DNA of 64,000 bases from an uncultured virus (IMG/VR IMGVR_UViG_3300025853_000054). Lineage: Duplodnaviria > Heunggongvirae > Uroviricota > Caudoviricetes. The stretch lies in the IMG/VR virus record IMGVR_UViG_3300025853_000054; one strand, written 5' to 3'. Made by a program: the position numbers and the translations under genes. Below the pieces are notes generated by a model. It did not search any database, was not told the DNA's origin, and saw only the letters and a list, made by a program, of their open reading frames with translations. Shown piece after piece: positions 20,001-28,100 of this stretch. Each line of letters opens with the position of its first letter. Within the stretch, counting starts at the first letter, position 1.

Positions 20001-20576
20001 ATTGAGTCTCCTAGAGCATCATATGAAGTTATGGAAAACGTTAGTTATGAAGGAGATTTTGGTGATGTGATTCAGATTAATAATGGAAATACATATCTAG
20101 ATTTAGATTTATTTGTTCCATTAGATTCATATCTGAGAAATACTGATGTTGCTTCTGTTGGAGTTGCATCTACTGGATTATCTGCAGTACAAGTGGGCGA
20201 TTATTTCATTCTAGAAAATACAAATGTTGGTGATGGAATAACATCTAAAGATACTTTAGGTGTTGGTAATGTTTCTATTGGTAATAGTTTCTTAGATAAT
20301 GTTTACCAAGTACAAGCAGTTTCTACAACATCATCTACTGTTCCAGGGGTAGGTGTTACCTTTATAACCAGAGTGAGAGTAAACGTAGATTCTTCTACAA
20401 ATAATGCTCCTGTAGGAATAACTACCAGAGCAGGAACTTATACGTGGGGTAAAATAAGTAATCTAGGGAGAAGAAGACCAATGAGTTTTGCGGTTAATAG
20501 CAATCGCTTATCTGGAATAAATACATCACCTGTTGTTGTCAGGAAAAATCGTTTAGATTATAGATCATACGTGTAA
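8085..20576 (+). CDS. gp7: Giant baseplate wedge initiator gp7-like protein, 4163 aa, with cupredoxin-like and YHYH-like domains
   Basis: Lies between gp6 and gp8; FYRSKGSE..F.LLFK and IHDSDYYQYFSYSVKS motifs; many GxGY..P beta repeats. Confidence 0.85.
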   Translation: MEKVSLNSLVENLVPEYVREEYPLLVEFLKEYYISQETSGQSLDLIQNLADYVKIDSLTNLVDSCNLTANVSYYEKDIFVDTTRGFPSSQGLIQINDEVIFYDKAVEDEPIEFVGKIDIGFNEITSTETEDTTSTIGWYVRVYNLDESKFIGEGLVTGNNDGNNIKVNFTPVPSSDIEGYEASDLYICKINRSKFTGCRRGFSGVTGLKDSVTSDKLIFTSTKASKHKNGDVVSNLNNILLKEFFRKIKVQIAPGFENQEFYDEINESTFVKNIKDFYRSKGSECSFELLFKALYGKPVDIVIPSNYLIEPSSSRYSITKNLIVELLEGDPNHLQNRTLYQDTQFNIPNTRGIITKLEKLQKDNKDFYRLYIDSSIEENYDSTYGNFTIHPKTKNTVKIERNQSFIDVDSTIGFPLSGTLVLKDDFNIEYRVEYTSKTSTQFLGCTGLSKDFEENIDINLDAYSYVNTTSGQVKVRVTGVLDNGIETTILPSVKNLKKDDYLPIKTLGAEIKNDPRSSSWIYNVPKTYEVKSIELLDNTDFAYRVYFYEQHDLSVGQNITLDPVSNSSDAYNGTVVEWNNQFSVIVRGSRVFLNENIKYDLKKRLNKSNFDGIINYPADVQNTYYDRKTGDIYVNSQSLPLYRPSFEVEELNVNKRIRAFSGIFKNEDTLNIGKHGFITGDAVVYKPRTTSYVPSYTLDANGVRSYKFINNETGTYENNPTLVLIRGKKYTFRNVMNQHPFRIQVESNGTVSDQYNDGIKNNDVSNGVLVWEVQEDTPDVLYYQCLNHQAMGGVINIIDENQQKSLDIDKGIYFIEKVSPTQIKLYRSRTNILKGQSVSFSGVVIQDTIESYDYVYKNLDSRKIEPQDIIRKIVRHPGNENSNDQSSKITKSGTIGIWRNGIELLNYKSKDFISYGKIKSVDVISKGSGYDVINVPQLRISDSNGSGCVSNISVKGYLSKIDVLDKGFDYIETPVITISGGNGTGAKAEVELEKYVHFSSFSASEVDLVNDSIGFSTYHKFKNGESIQYETLGQVAIAGLSTSSYYFVSIVDSYNVKLHKSQSDALNNRNAINLHQVGTGKHNLKSTNRKNRVKRVNISQSGYSYEKKYRSCSSSGISTYKNLIEIKDHGYKSGEIVTYNPKIAPVSGLSSGTDYYVLKNDNDSFRICNISGISTQKDIFYKQKKYINFDGFVEGDHTFKYQDIVVTIDGRSSLSQEDLNVDTNAKIRPIFSGEIDSVFIENTGEKYGSEVSNFVSQPNIDILQGRNARLKPIIKNGEIISVIIQDPGKEYYSTPDISIIGSGVGANLIPIVKDGYISDIIIQNPGIGYKSEGTQALVVNRGRSASVSANIQTWRINLVERYVSTGLISPEDSFLYEGKTKSRGIQYVHAYAPRKLREISLASRFLNGVEVFNPDLELINGSESVSLSHSPILGWAYDGNPIYGPYGYSSQTGGRIVQMTSGYTLRTDLNKDKNRPNLIDFPAGFFIEDYTFTGNSTLDEHNGRYCVTPEYPNGVYAYFCTINTQVDANGLFKSYRKPVFPYVIGDTFVSSPTEFNFKSTSTLEYFDLNTSDLIRNTAPYSLLANTIDYPFLKYDKAYRNQNAIVKSTKFGSVTSVGIVTGGYNYKVGDRVVFDGQIDTFKAKGRVSKVKGVDIESVSLLHNESKTCNIIKNSKLFTAFTADPHGYTTGESLSLTFNNELLTTTEIDVKYNIITLKQNLDIPAVTGVSTHISVATFFDSIYPNDVYQNGIEKIKILRVEPNKSRLLVQREYDGSIGTSHQAASGFVEVPRKFTFSPQNSFITTSFTNSLENPLYFITSEDVGLNTVTINMSNHPLVTGDLLEYSNEGGTSITVENENGAFLLSDAEQIYAVKINSNSIGLTTISSGISTNPQLLVFTNVVPEIQSLTPRYPNILECDISDDRVLVTTSTPHGLSVGDSFDLHVKSGISTTYKVEYNKQNRAVIVGRRDFESSDVNTLKNFITIRNHKYQSGQKVVYLSSNPAISTGLEHDKAYYVSAITPDRIKLAEQKYDALLGINSVDITASLAGSILPINPPLEVVKYSDIIFDLSDSSLSIDDEREKEAFDFRLYWDHMLNHEFYTSAEQRSFDLTYNGSMGISSDAKATLRNSSNLPKEIYYNLVPKKRFGNNVENLELYVYENRSDDGYINNSINIIDSKFSNTFKINSKTSNTFTAPMFDAPERYEYTSGRGNALNYFIKSSVVEGSIAEVEIQSRGEGYKSIPKIDKIVSENGSGAILKVESDNIGLPLSIEFDDIGYDYYSDNTIRPSSKTPTIIELDYLSSVKEVKVTSPGKNYSTAPDIIIIDGFTNKLVEDLEFKYDISSRKVDIIKNTYKLSEYSPKILTINNSNGIGINTITFNDVNKHVTVELSPTYSFLQDFPFEIGDKVLVENVSVGIATTGTGYNSENYNYTTFTIIDRDPALGGIGATVTYSLENLLGDGESPGKFNVFNSVGRIVPLKYLPTFEIETQKTKFFSNEPVVGTSGAKGNIQSIDYDRDIIKVYTLDDFKVGDVLRGLVSGRRSRVLKVTSDEIDFPVTSGSVVRNGWSTRKGFLNDPEQRIHDSDYYQYFSYSVKSEVDYETWNPYVSNLVHTVGFKKFSDILVPSEPNSFVGIETIQSSGDISGIADIHRVIDIDCYQDFDSVTETTSIINETRKSKEVILRSRLLQDYIESVGNRVLELDDISSEFNQAVRSTRYSTIDAYEKVVGFRKYFVIVENIDNPYERQAGVVLLLSDGLTVFNVDYAKLFPQTTIGDFDAEISGNEVLLRFFPISYKTTNYLVFVTSLEIDASTVGVGSISESVLGDAVHMYSEQIPSIGPGESEVFRLSLNDTTNKLIIHVGADNGYVQTEELIITNDGTDLYINEYGFLNSSGGGSNSTPGIATFTYSIDGSEIIVTGAFDSPNSNDFQVDASITAFSSTNTGIGTDAVNGALLETTYTSFPASPTPTATTLSSFGGRYDATYMIASVQDLTNGTHFAEEFVVMSTWNKQVDYVASIVSSGTDTGIGTFGAISNGVTCSIVFTPEPNIDVDVRTFEYKIGYYDEITTPEKIIDLGNMRVDSGFGDYEGTELSIRKSFELYHKEQPLFQKNINATQESELDIDNNIISTPGHYFVTGEELDYSYRFSDVGLTDNAISIASTTVPGIGLTDKLPTTVYAVKVDELSIQVAASASDALAFNPKIFEFASLGITTDHRFTSKKQNTRTLISLDNIVQSPVVSSGTTAILAIDSTPFNAILEFEDVDGFQGGDLIQIDDEIMRIFVIGFNDNPNFVYCIRGFIGTKRNTHPVGSLVTKVTANYNIVGNTIYFPEPPFGNIQFENSLNKPDEVDYFGIDVRSKFNGRVFLRSSSSGSQYGPYTNNFILDTVSDQFNGYDHEFAIKSLSNNVTGISSLNAAVLVNNVFQIPDGPFNNGNYSLLEVGGETKIKFTGFSSTSYYDINQSGLPRGRIILSVGSTAGLGYQPLVSAGGTATISGTGSISNISIGNSGSGYRSGIQTHVKIGVVTTSLDSDIEYIGFATVYNGSVVSIAITNPGTGYTSSNPPEVIFDDPEPYWNIPLQYQAPSSGLGTEAYVDLVVSQDSSIFNFEVRNYGYGFNVRDLLTVPVGGETGIPTTSDYGSFEYFTIIVDRLYADDFSAWHFGELQPIDSIQDLIDGNRRFFPIFINGQQTTIRSKPGSGIEVKSTLLVFVNDVLQVPDEGYIFENGSVIEFPVPLEIGTKVDIVFYKGSGSVDTRNVDIVESVEEGDLFTINSDNPLYAQNERQVSDIVNTNTVETIAYPGPGLDKSESIVRSIALCQQKHDIAVNGSYVGKSRSSYEPYMSPVAKVINSVNTTSTDIYVDGVKIFFDDLREYSTDPTKKQTITVVSQEPIVSAAATAIVSAAGTITGVVISNSGLGYTFAPSVSIPNSDNQTFTNKNNFYTNQTVLQSSITNGLVDSITVVSSGSGYTTTNPPQVIIESPRASYEVMENVSYEGDFGDVIQINNGNTYLDLDLFVPLDSYLRNTDVASVGVASTGLSAVQVGDYFILENTNVGDGITSKDTLGVGNVSIGNSFLDNVYQVQAVSTTSSTVPGVGVTFITRVRVNVDSSTNNAPVGITTRAGTYTWGKISNLGRRRPMSFAVNSNRLSGINTSPVVVRKNRLDYRSYV

Positions 20577-20604
20577 ACCTACTAAATAGATAAAAAGTCT
20601 ACCA

Positions 20605-22179
20605 ATGTCAGCAATTATAACTGATCAACTAAGAATACTTAATGCGGAGAACTTTGTCAATGCCATTGGAGTTTCTTCAAACTATTATTATGCATTCATT
20701 GGTCTCCCAAATGCGACTGATTATGACTCTGAGTGGGATATAACACCACCATCTCCCAAAGATTGTTTTGATGAAGAGAATGATTATTGGGACACTATGA
20801 CATCCTTAAAAAGGATTTCTAAAAATGATGTCAAAAGGGTTATTAGAAAAATTCAATGGGAAAGTGGATTTACTTATGACATGTATAGACATGATATAAG
20901 TAGAACAAACTTATCACAACCATCTGAAGCAACTAGTTTATATTATTCAAACTTTTATGTAGTTAATAAAGATTATAAAGTTTATATTTGTATTCATAAT
21001 GGAACTGACGAAAATAACTTTTCGGGTAAGCCTTCATTAGATGAACCACTGTTTACCGATTTAGAACCAAAACCTGCTGGTAGTAGTAATGATGGTTATT
21101 TGTGGAAATATTTGTATACTATTAATCCATCAGATATTATTAAGTTTGATGGCATTGATTATATCCCACTTCCAGATGAGTGGGGTTCAGATGAATCATC
21201 TTCAGCAATCAAACTTCATGCTTCTACTAGTGGACAGATAAAAAATGTAGTAATCGCTGATAGTGGCGCAAATATTGGTCCAGCAAATCAAGTCTATAAT
21301 AGAGTACCTATTAAAGGTGACGGGTCTGGAGCGGAAGCTACAGTTATTGTCGATTCGGAATCTAGGTTAGATTCTGTTATCGTTACCAATGGTGGATCTG
21401 GATACACGTATGCAGTATTAGATTTTGCTGGGGGTGGTTTACCAGTAGATACTATTGGTTATGAAGAACCAGATGTTGATGTTATCATTCCACCTCAAGG
21501 AGGTCATGGATATAACGTTTATAAAGAGTTGGGTGCAACGAGAGTATTAGTTTACTGTAGAATTGAAAATGATTTGCAAAATCCAGATTTTATTCTTGGA
21601 AATCAAGTTGCTAGATTTGGTATTGTAAAAAATCCATTAAAATTTGGATCTAATGATATTCTTGATGATGACAAGGTAAGTGCATTACACGCAATCAAGC
21701 TTATTGGAAATATTTCTGACGGTAGATATTTACCAGATAGTATTATTTCGCAAAATATTTCCACAGGTACTACTGCTGTCGGAAGAGTAGTTTCTTACAA
21801 TGAAAATACTGGAGTTATTAAATATTGGCAAGATAGATCTCTTTATGGATTTAACTTCGACAAGTCTAGAAACTATAATCCATCATATGGATATGGTAAA
21901 GTTGACTTTACTTCCAATATTGGTGATGGTGGGAGTTTATTGATTATTGGTGAAGTTTCTTCATTAGAGATTGATACAGATTTTGGAACAGAATCTAATC
22001 CTGGTATAACAACTGTAATAAATAATAGGACCTACAGTTTGGGTCAAGAATTTCAGAATGGGGTATCAAATCCAGAAGTTAAAAAATATTCTGGAGACAT
22101 TATCTACGTCGATAATAGACCATCCATTACAAGATCCCAAAACCAAAAAGAAGATATCAAGGTAATCTTGCAATTTTAA
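20605..22179 (+). CDS. gp8: Baseplate wedge subunit gp8
   Basis: MSAIITDQLRI, YKVYICIHN, DGYLWKYLY and QKEDIKVILQF motifs. Confidence 0.92.
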   Translation: MSAIITDQLRILNAENFVNAIGVSSNYYYAFIGLPNATDYDSEWDITPPSPKDCFDEENDYWDTMTSLKRISKNDVKRVIRKIQWESGFTYDMYRHDISRTNLSQPSEATSLYYSNFYVVNKDYKVYICIHNGTDENNFSGKPSLDEPLFTDLEPKPAGSSNDGYLWKYLYTINPSDIIKFDGIDYIPLPDEWGSDESSSAIKLHASTSGQIKNVVIADSGANIGPANQVYNRVPIKGDGSGAEATVIVDSESRLDSVIVTNGGSGYTYAVLDFAGGGLPVDTIGYEEPDVDVIIPPQGGHGYNVYKELGATRVLVYCRIENDLQNPDFILGNQVARFGIVKNPLKFGSNDILDDDKVSALHAIKLIGNISDGRYLPDSIISQNISTGTTAVGRVVSYNENTGVIKYWQDRSLYGFNFDKSRNYNPSYGYGKVDFTSNIGDGGSLLIIGEVSSLEIDTDFGTESNPGITTVINNRTYSLGQEFQNGVSNPEVKKYSGDIIYVDNRPSITRSQNQKEDIKVILQF

Positions 22180-22185
22180 AGAATT

Positions 22186-25100
22186 ATGCCATCAAAAACG
22201 AATATAAACGTCTTTCCTTATTTTGATGACTTTGATGAGGACAAAAACTACTATAAAGTTCTTTTTAAACCTGGATATCCCATTCAGGCTAGAGAGTTAT
22301 CAAATGTGCAATCGATATTGCAAAATCAGATCGAACAGTTTGGAAACCATGTTTTCAAAGAAGGATCCGTTGTAATTCCAGGTAATATTAGTTTTACCAG
22401 GATTACTGGCGTTGAAGTTCAAAATACATTTAATGCTATTGATATTGATCAATACATTAATGATGCTAAGTTATATGGATACGTTATTGTTGGCAGAGAT
22501 AGTGGTCTAAGAGCTAAAGTTGTTAAAGTACTTAGAAAAAGTGATTATCCAGATTTAAATAATACTTTGGTATATTTTCAGTATTTAAATACTGGATCTG
22601 ATAATCAAACTGAGTTTGAACCAGGAGAATCTCTCTATGCAGAATCTGAGATTCTTCCCGTATTGAGGCGTGGTGTAACTTCTTCCACTGTCGTAAATGT
22701 AACAACTCAAAATAATGAAGACATTTATGGTGATCAGGGTGTACAAAGTAGTATTGTAACTGCTTCAAGATCATCAAACAACATTTCTGGACAGTACCAA
22801 TACGAAAATGTTAGTACTGTTGATGATATTACTCTTAGAAGTGGTCAAGATTTTTTATTAGTAAAAACTCCTATTATTGGATCAGCAGCTATTATTAGCG
22901 AAGGTGTATATTTTATAAGAGGAAACTTTGTTAATGTTGCTGAAGAGTTGCTAGTTGTAGATAAGTTTAGTTTCTTAGCAAATGTAAAGATCGGATTAAG
23001 TGTTACTGAACAGATTATAACTTCCGATAATGATCCAACTTTATTTGATAACTCTAGAGGATTTTCAAACTATGCTGCTCCTGGAGCAGATAGATTAAAA
23101 ATCACAGCAAGATTGGCATCTTTAGATTTAGATGATGATCAAACAGATAACTTTATTGAACTTACAAGAGTAGAAGAAGGTAATATTGTATTCTTGAATA
23201 GAAATCCTCAATATAATGAGCTTGGTAATGAACTTGCTAGAAGAACTTACGATGAGTCTGGAGATTATTATATTACACCATTTACTATAAGTGTAGATGA
23301 ATCTCTGAATGACTTAGAAGGTAGCAGAGGTGTATTTAAGGAAGGAGAAAAAACTAGAGAACAAAATACTCCTAGTGAAAGTATGGGAGTATACAAACTA
23401 TCTCCAGGAAAAGCATATGTTAAAGGATATGAGATTGAAAGGTTATCTAGTACTTTAATCGATTTTGATAAACCTAGAGATACTAAAACATTATCTAACC
23501 AGTCTATCCAGTATGCCCCTGGAACAGGTCTAACTCTCAATAGGGTACATGGGACACCAAAGATTGGTATTTCAACTTATCACGTTTCTTTGAGAGATTC
23601 TAGACTAGGAGTAAATAATTTAGAAGCGTCTGGCAAAGAGATTGGATTGAGTAGAGTATATGATTTTGCCCTAGAATCTGGTGCATATAATACAAGTAAT
23701 CTAGATCTTAATGAATGGGATCTAAATGCATATGATTTAGATTTTTATACAGAGATTACATTAAACCAACCAGTAACAGAAACTATTCCATCAAAAATTG
23801 ATGGTAGATATACTGGAGCATTTTCTTTCTTAAGATTTGGCGCGTCAAATGCAGGTGTCATCACCGCATATAGTAGTTCTGGAAAATATTCTATTGGAGA
23901 AAAGATTACTTTTAGTAATGGAGAAACTAGAGTAATCACAAATATTAGATCTTATGGCATTGACGATATTAAGTCAGTTTATGGAAATGTAGGACTATCT
24001 ACATTTACTGGAGATCTAAAGCAATCTAAAAAAGTTTCCTTAGGAAGTGTTACTATTCAAGGTGAATCTGCTGGTGTATCTACAGTAACATCACCATCAA
24101 CCATATTTACCAGTATTTGTGAGGATGGAGATTTAGTATCTTATAGTATTGGCGAAAATACTATACCAAACTTTGCAAAAATCCAATCAGTATCCTCTAA
24201 TAGTATTGTTATTGAACCAGTTCAATCTGTTTCTGGTATTTGTATAGGAACTCTTCCATTATCAACAACTACTGGATTGGATTTTTCTATTTTAACTACG
24301 GAAAGGCAAGTCGGTAATAATGCATTGTATACCCCCCTCCCCAAGGAAAATATTGAATCTGTAGACCTTAGCGAGTCTAGAATTTCTATTAGAAGAGAGT
24401 ATTCTGTTACTATTGCTAGTAACGGTTTTAACATTTCAGCTTCTACATTAGCAGCAAATGAGTCTTTTCAACCATATGATGAAGAAAGATATTCTTTGAT
24501 AGCTCTTGATGGAACTATTATTCCATTAGAAAGTGGAAACTTTGCATTTTCAAATGGTGGCAGAGAAGTTACATTAACTAATCTTACCACTAACGGTCAA
24601 GCAAGATTTATTGCTTCACTTTACAAAACAACAGTCAAGAGTAGGGCAAAAGTTAAAAAGATTGAAGTTGCTACATTCTCAAAATCATCCATTGAGCAAT
24701 CTGGCGTAAATATATCTGGTGTTGGTGTAACAACTTTAAATGATGGATTGACATATGGAAACTATCCATATGGCACAAGAGTTCAAGATGACAGAATCTG
24801 TTTAAATCATCCAGAAATCATTAGATTATATGGTGTTTTTGAATCGAGAACTACAGAAGATCCGATTTTACCAAAGTTAATAATAACAAATGCTCTAACT
24901 TCTGAAAAGACCCCAACTACTGCAAATAATATTAAAGTTGGTGAGCGTTTAGTTGGAGGTACTTCAGAATGTGTTTTAGTATGTACTGCTATTATAAATT
25001 CTTCAACTATTGAAGTTGTATCAGTAAACCAAAAAACTCCTGCTACTTCAGAAGTAATAAAATGCAAAGAAACTGGAATAACAGCACAAGTAGTAAACTA

Positions 25101-28100
25101 TATTGATACACAAAGTGTTAATATCACTGATAGATATTTACTTGAATCTGGAGAGACTTCTCAAGCATATAGATACTCCTTTTTAAAGAGAGTTTCTAGT
25201 TCAGCATCTCCAAGAAAAAGGATTAAAGTCGTTTATGACAGAGTATATATTCCATCTGACGATTCTGGAGATATCGTATGTGTAAACTCATATTCTAGTA
25301 TTCCTAGAAATAGAATTTCATCAGCACCAGGTCAGATATCAAAAACTGATATTTTAGATTTAAGACCTATTCCAGATCCTTTCCTCGTTTATGAGGGTCA
25401 AAGATCTCCATTTGAGTTCTTCGGAAAGAACTACAGTGAAACTAATAACTCATTTAAGGATATTTTAGTTGCAGATGAAGATATTATCTTAAACTATACA
25501 TTCTATCTCGGTAGAATAGATAGAATATTCTTAGATATTAATGAGCAGATTATTGTCAAGAAAGGTGTTTCATCAGAATATTTAGATCCTCCAGAATCTC
25601 CATCAAATGCTCTTGAGATTGCTAGGGTTACTTTGAAACCATATGCAGAAAATGCAAGAAAATCATCAGATATTCAACTTTTAACTCATAAAAGATATAG
25701 AATGTCTGATATTTCTAAGTTAGAGAATCGCATTAAAAATCTTGAGTATTATACAACATTAAATTTACTAGAGCAATCAACTTCAGCATTATCTGTTCCA
25801 GATGCTAATGGACTGAATAGATTCAAGTCTGGTTTTTTTGTCGATGATTTCTCAAATAGAAATAATCAGTATATTGTTCAGGGTCAGATTAAGAACTCAA
25901 ATGATAAAGTAAATCGAGAACTACGTCCATCTTGTTATACTACAGAGCTTGATTTAACTTTAGCAAATAATGTTAACTATAACACTAATAATGCTCCATC
26001 TGTTCATCCAGTAAAAGGTATTTCAAGAAGTGTATATGATGATATCAAGTTTACTGAAATAGGAAATATTATCGGAAATAACATCCAAATAACTGGTGGT
26101 AGCGGATCTCGTAATGAGAATACGGGTAAAGGACTACTAACTTTAGCATATGATGAGCAGATTAGAATTAGACAATCTTTCTCTACAAGAGTAGTAAATG
26201 TTACTCCATATCTTGTAACAAACTTTTATGGTCAAATTGACTTAAACCCATCTTCTGATGTTTGGAGCGAAGAAACTATTCTAGAACCACTAATCATTAC
26301 TGGTATTGAAGGTAGAGTTATTGAAGAAAGTCCTACTTTTACTGCTCAAGAGTTTGCATCTCAAGATGGATTTGATCCTGTAAGTTGGGGATCTTGGACA
26401 AACAACTGGACTGGATCTTCTCAAGCAGTTATTGGTAGAGGATCATTTAGTAGATCTTCAACATCACAAACAGGAAACAGAGTAACTGCTACTACAACAA
26501 CAACTAGTGGTAACATTGTACGAACTACTAATACTGGTACTGCAACTCAGCAAGGCACATCTACTAGGATAACTAATCCTATTGAAGATAAAAATCTAGG
26601 AAATAGAGTTGTATCTGCTTCTAGTGCTACTTACTTGAGATCAAGAAATGTTGAATTCATCGCTAAAAAGATGAAACCAAGTACAAGATTATATACTTTC
26701 TTTGATGATCAGGATGTTACTTCGCTTTGTACGCCAAAACTATTAGAAATAGAAATGGTCGATGGATCATTTACTATTGGTGAAGATGTTATCTTCTATG
26801 ACGAAAATAACTTTGTAATAGCAGGATATCGTTGTGCAGCACCAAATCATCAATATGGCAATATTAATGATCCAGATGCTCAAACTTTCTATACTAGAAA
26901 TCCTTATGATCAGAGCTCGTTGCCAACTGTTTACACAGAGTCCTCAAATATTTTAAATCTAGATACAACTTCTTCTGGCGATTATTCTTCTGGTTATGGT
27001 GGAAACGTTTTAATAGGCGCTAGAGCGGAAGGTGTTACGAGTGGAGCAGTTGCTACGATTTCAAATAAGAGATTATTTACAGATCAAGTTGGTGTTGTTA
27101 TTGGATCATTATTTGTACCAAATCCAAACGATGACACAAATCAAAGATTTACTACTGGTGCTATTTCGTTCAAAGTTTCGAATGATCAAACTAATGATAT
27201 TATTCTTGGCGTAGAAACTACAGAAGCTACTGGACAGTTCTTCTCTTCTGGATTTATTACACAGACCCAGGAAACTACAATCCAAGTAAGAAATACTCTG
27301 ATTGAATCTGCCACTATTAGTAGAGAAAGAGAGATTGTTTCTACCTCTACAAGATTTGTACCAACTAATAGAACTACAAGTAGTCGTTCATTCACAGTAT
27401 CTCCACCTAGACCACCAGAACGCCAGGATCCACTAGCACAGTCATTCTTTATTTCAAATGCTGCTGGTGTATTTGTAACTCATATGGATTTGTTCTTCCA
27501 GGCAAAATCTGAAGATCTTCCATGTTATGTTGAACTAAGATCCATGGAACTTGGATTGCCCACAACAGAGGTATATCCATTAAGCAGAGTTGAGTTACTA
27601 CCAGATCAAATCAATATTTCTGATGATGCTACAGCTGCAACTAGAGTTACTTTCCAAGGACCAGTTTACCTTGAAGGTAATAAAGAGCACTGTGTAGTTC
27701 TTCTATCTGATGTTACTGATTATTATGTTTGGATTTCTAGATTGGGAGAAACTACATTCAATATTAATGGTGAAGAGATTGCTATTACAACCCAAAATGA
27801 ACTAGGATCTCTATTCAAATCTCAGAATGGATCAACTTGGACTCCAAGTCAATATGAAGATCTTAAGTTTACTCTTTTTAATGCAAGATTTGTAGATCAA
27901 GGTAGCGTAACTCTTGTTAATAGTGACGTTTCTCAAGCAAATAATCTCTATAAAGATCCACTCAGAACATATTCTAAAACACAGAGAGTTTCTCTTGGTG
28001 CGACTATAACTGACACAAACTTAAGGATTGGAAATACAATATACCAAGAAGGTTCTAATGCAAGTGGTGTTTATATTGGAAATGCTGGTATTGTAACTGG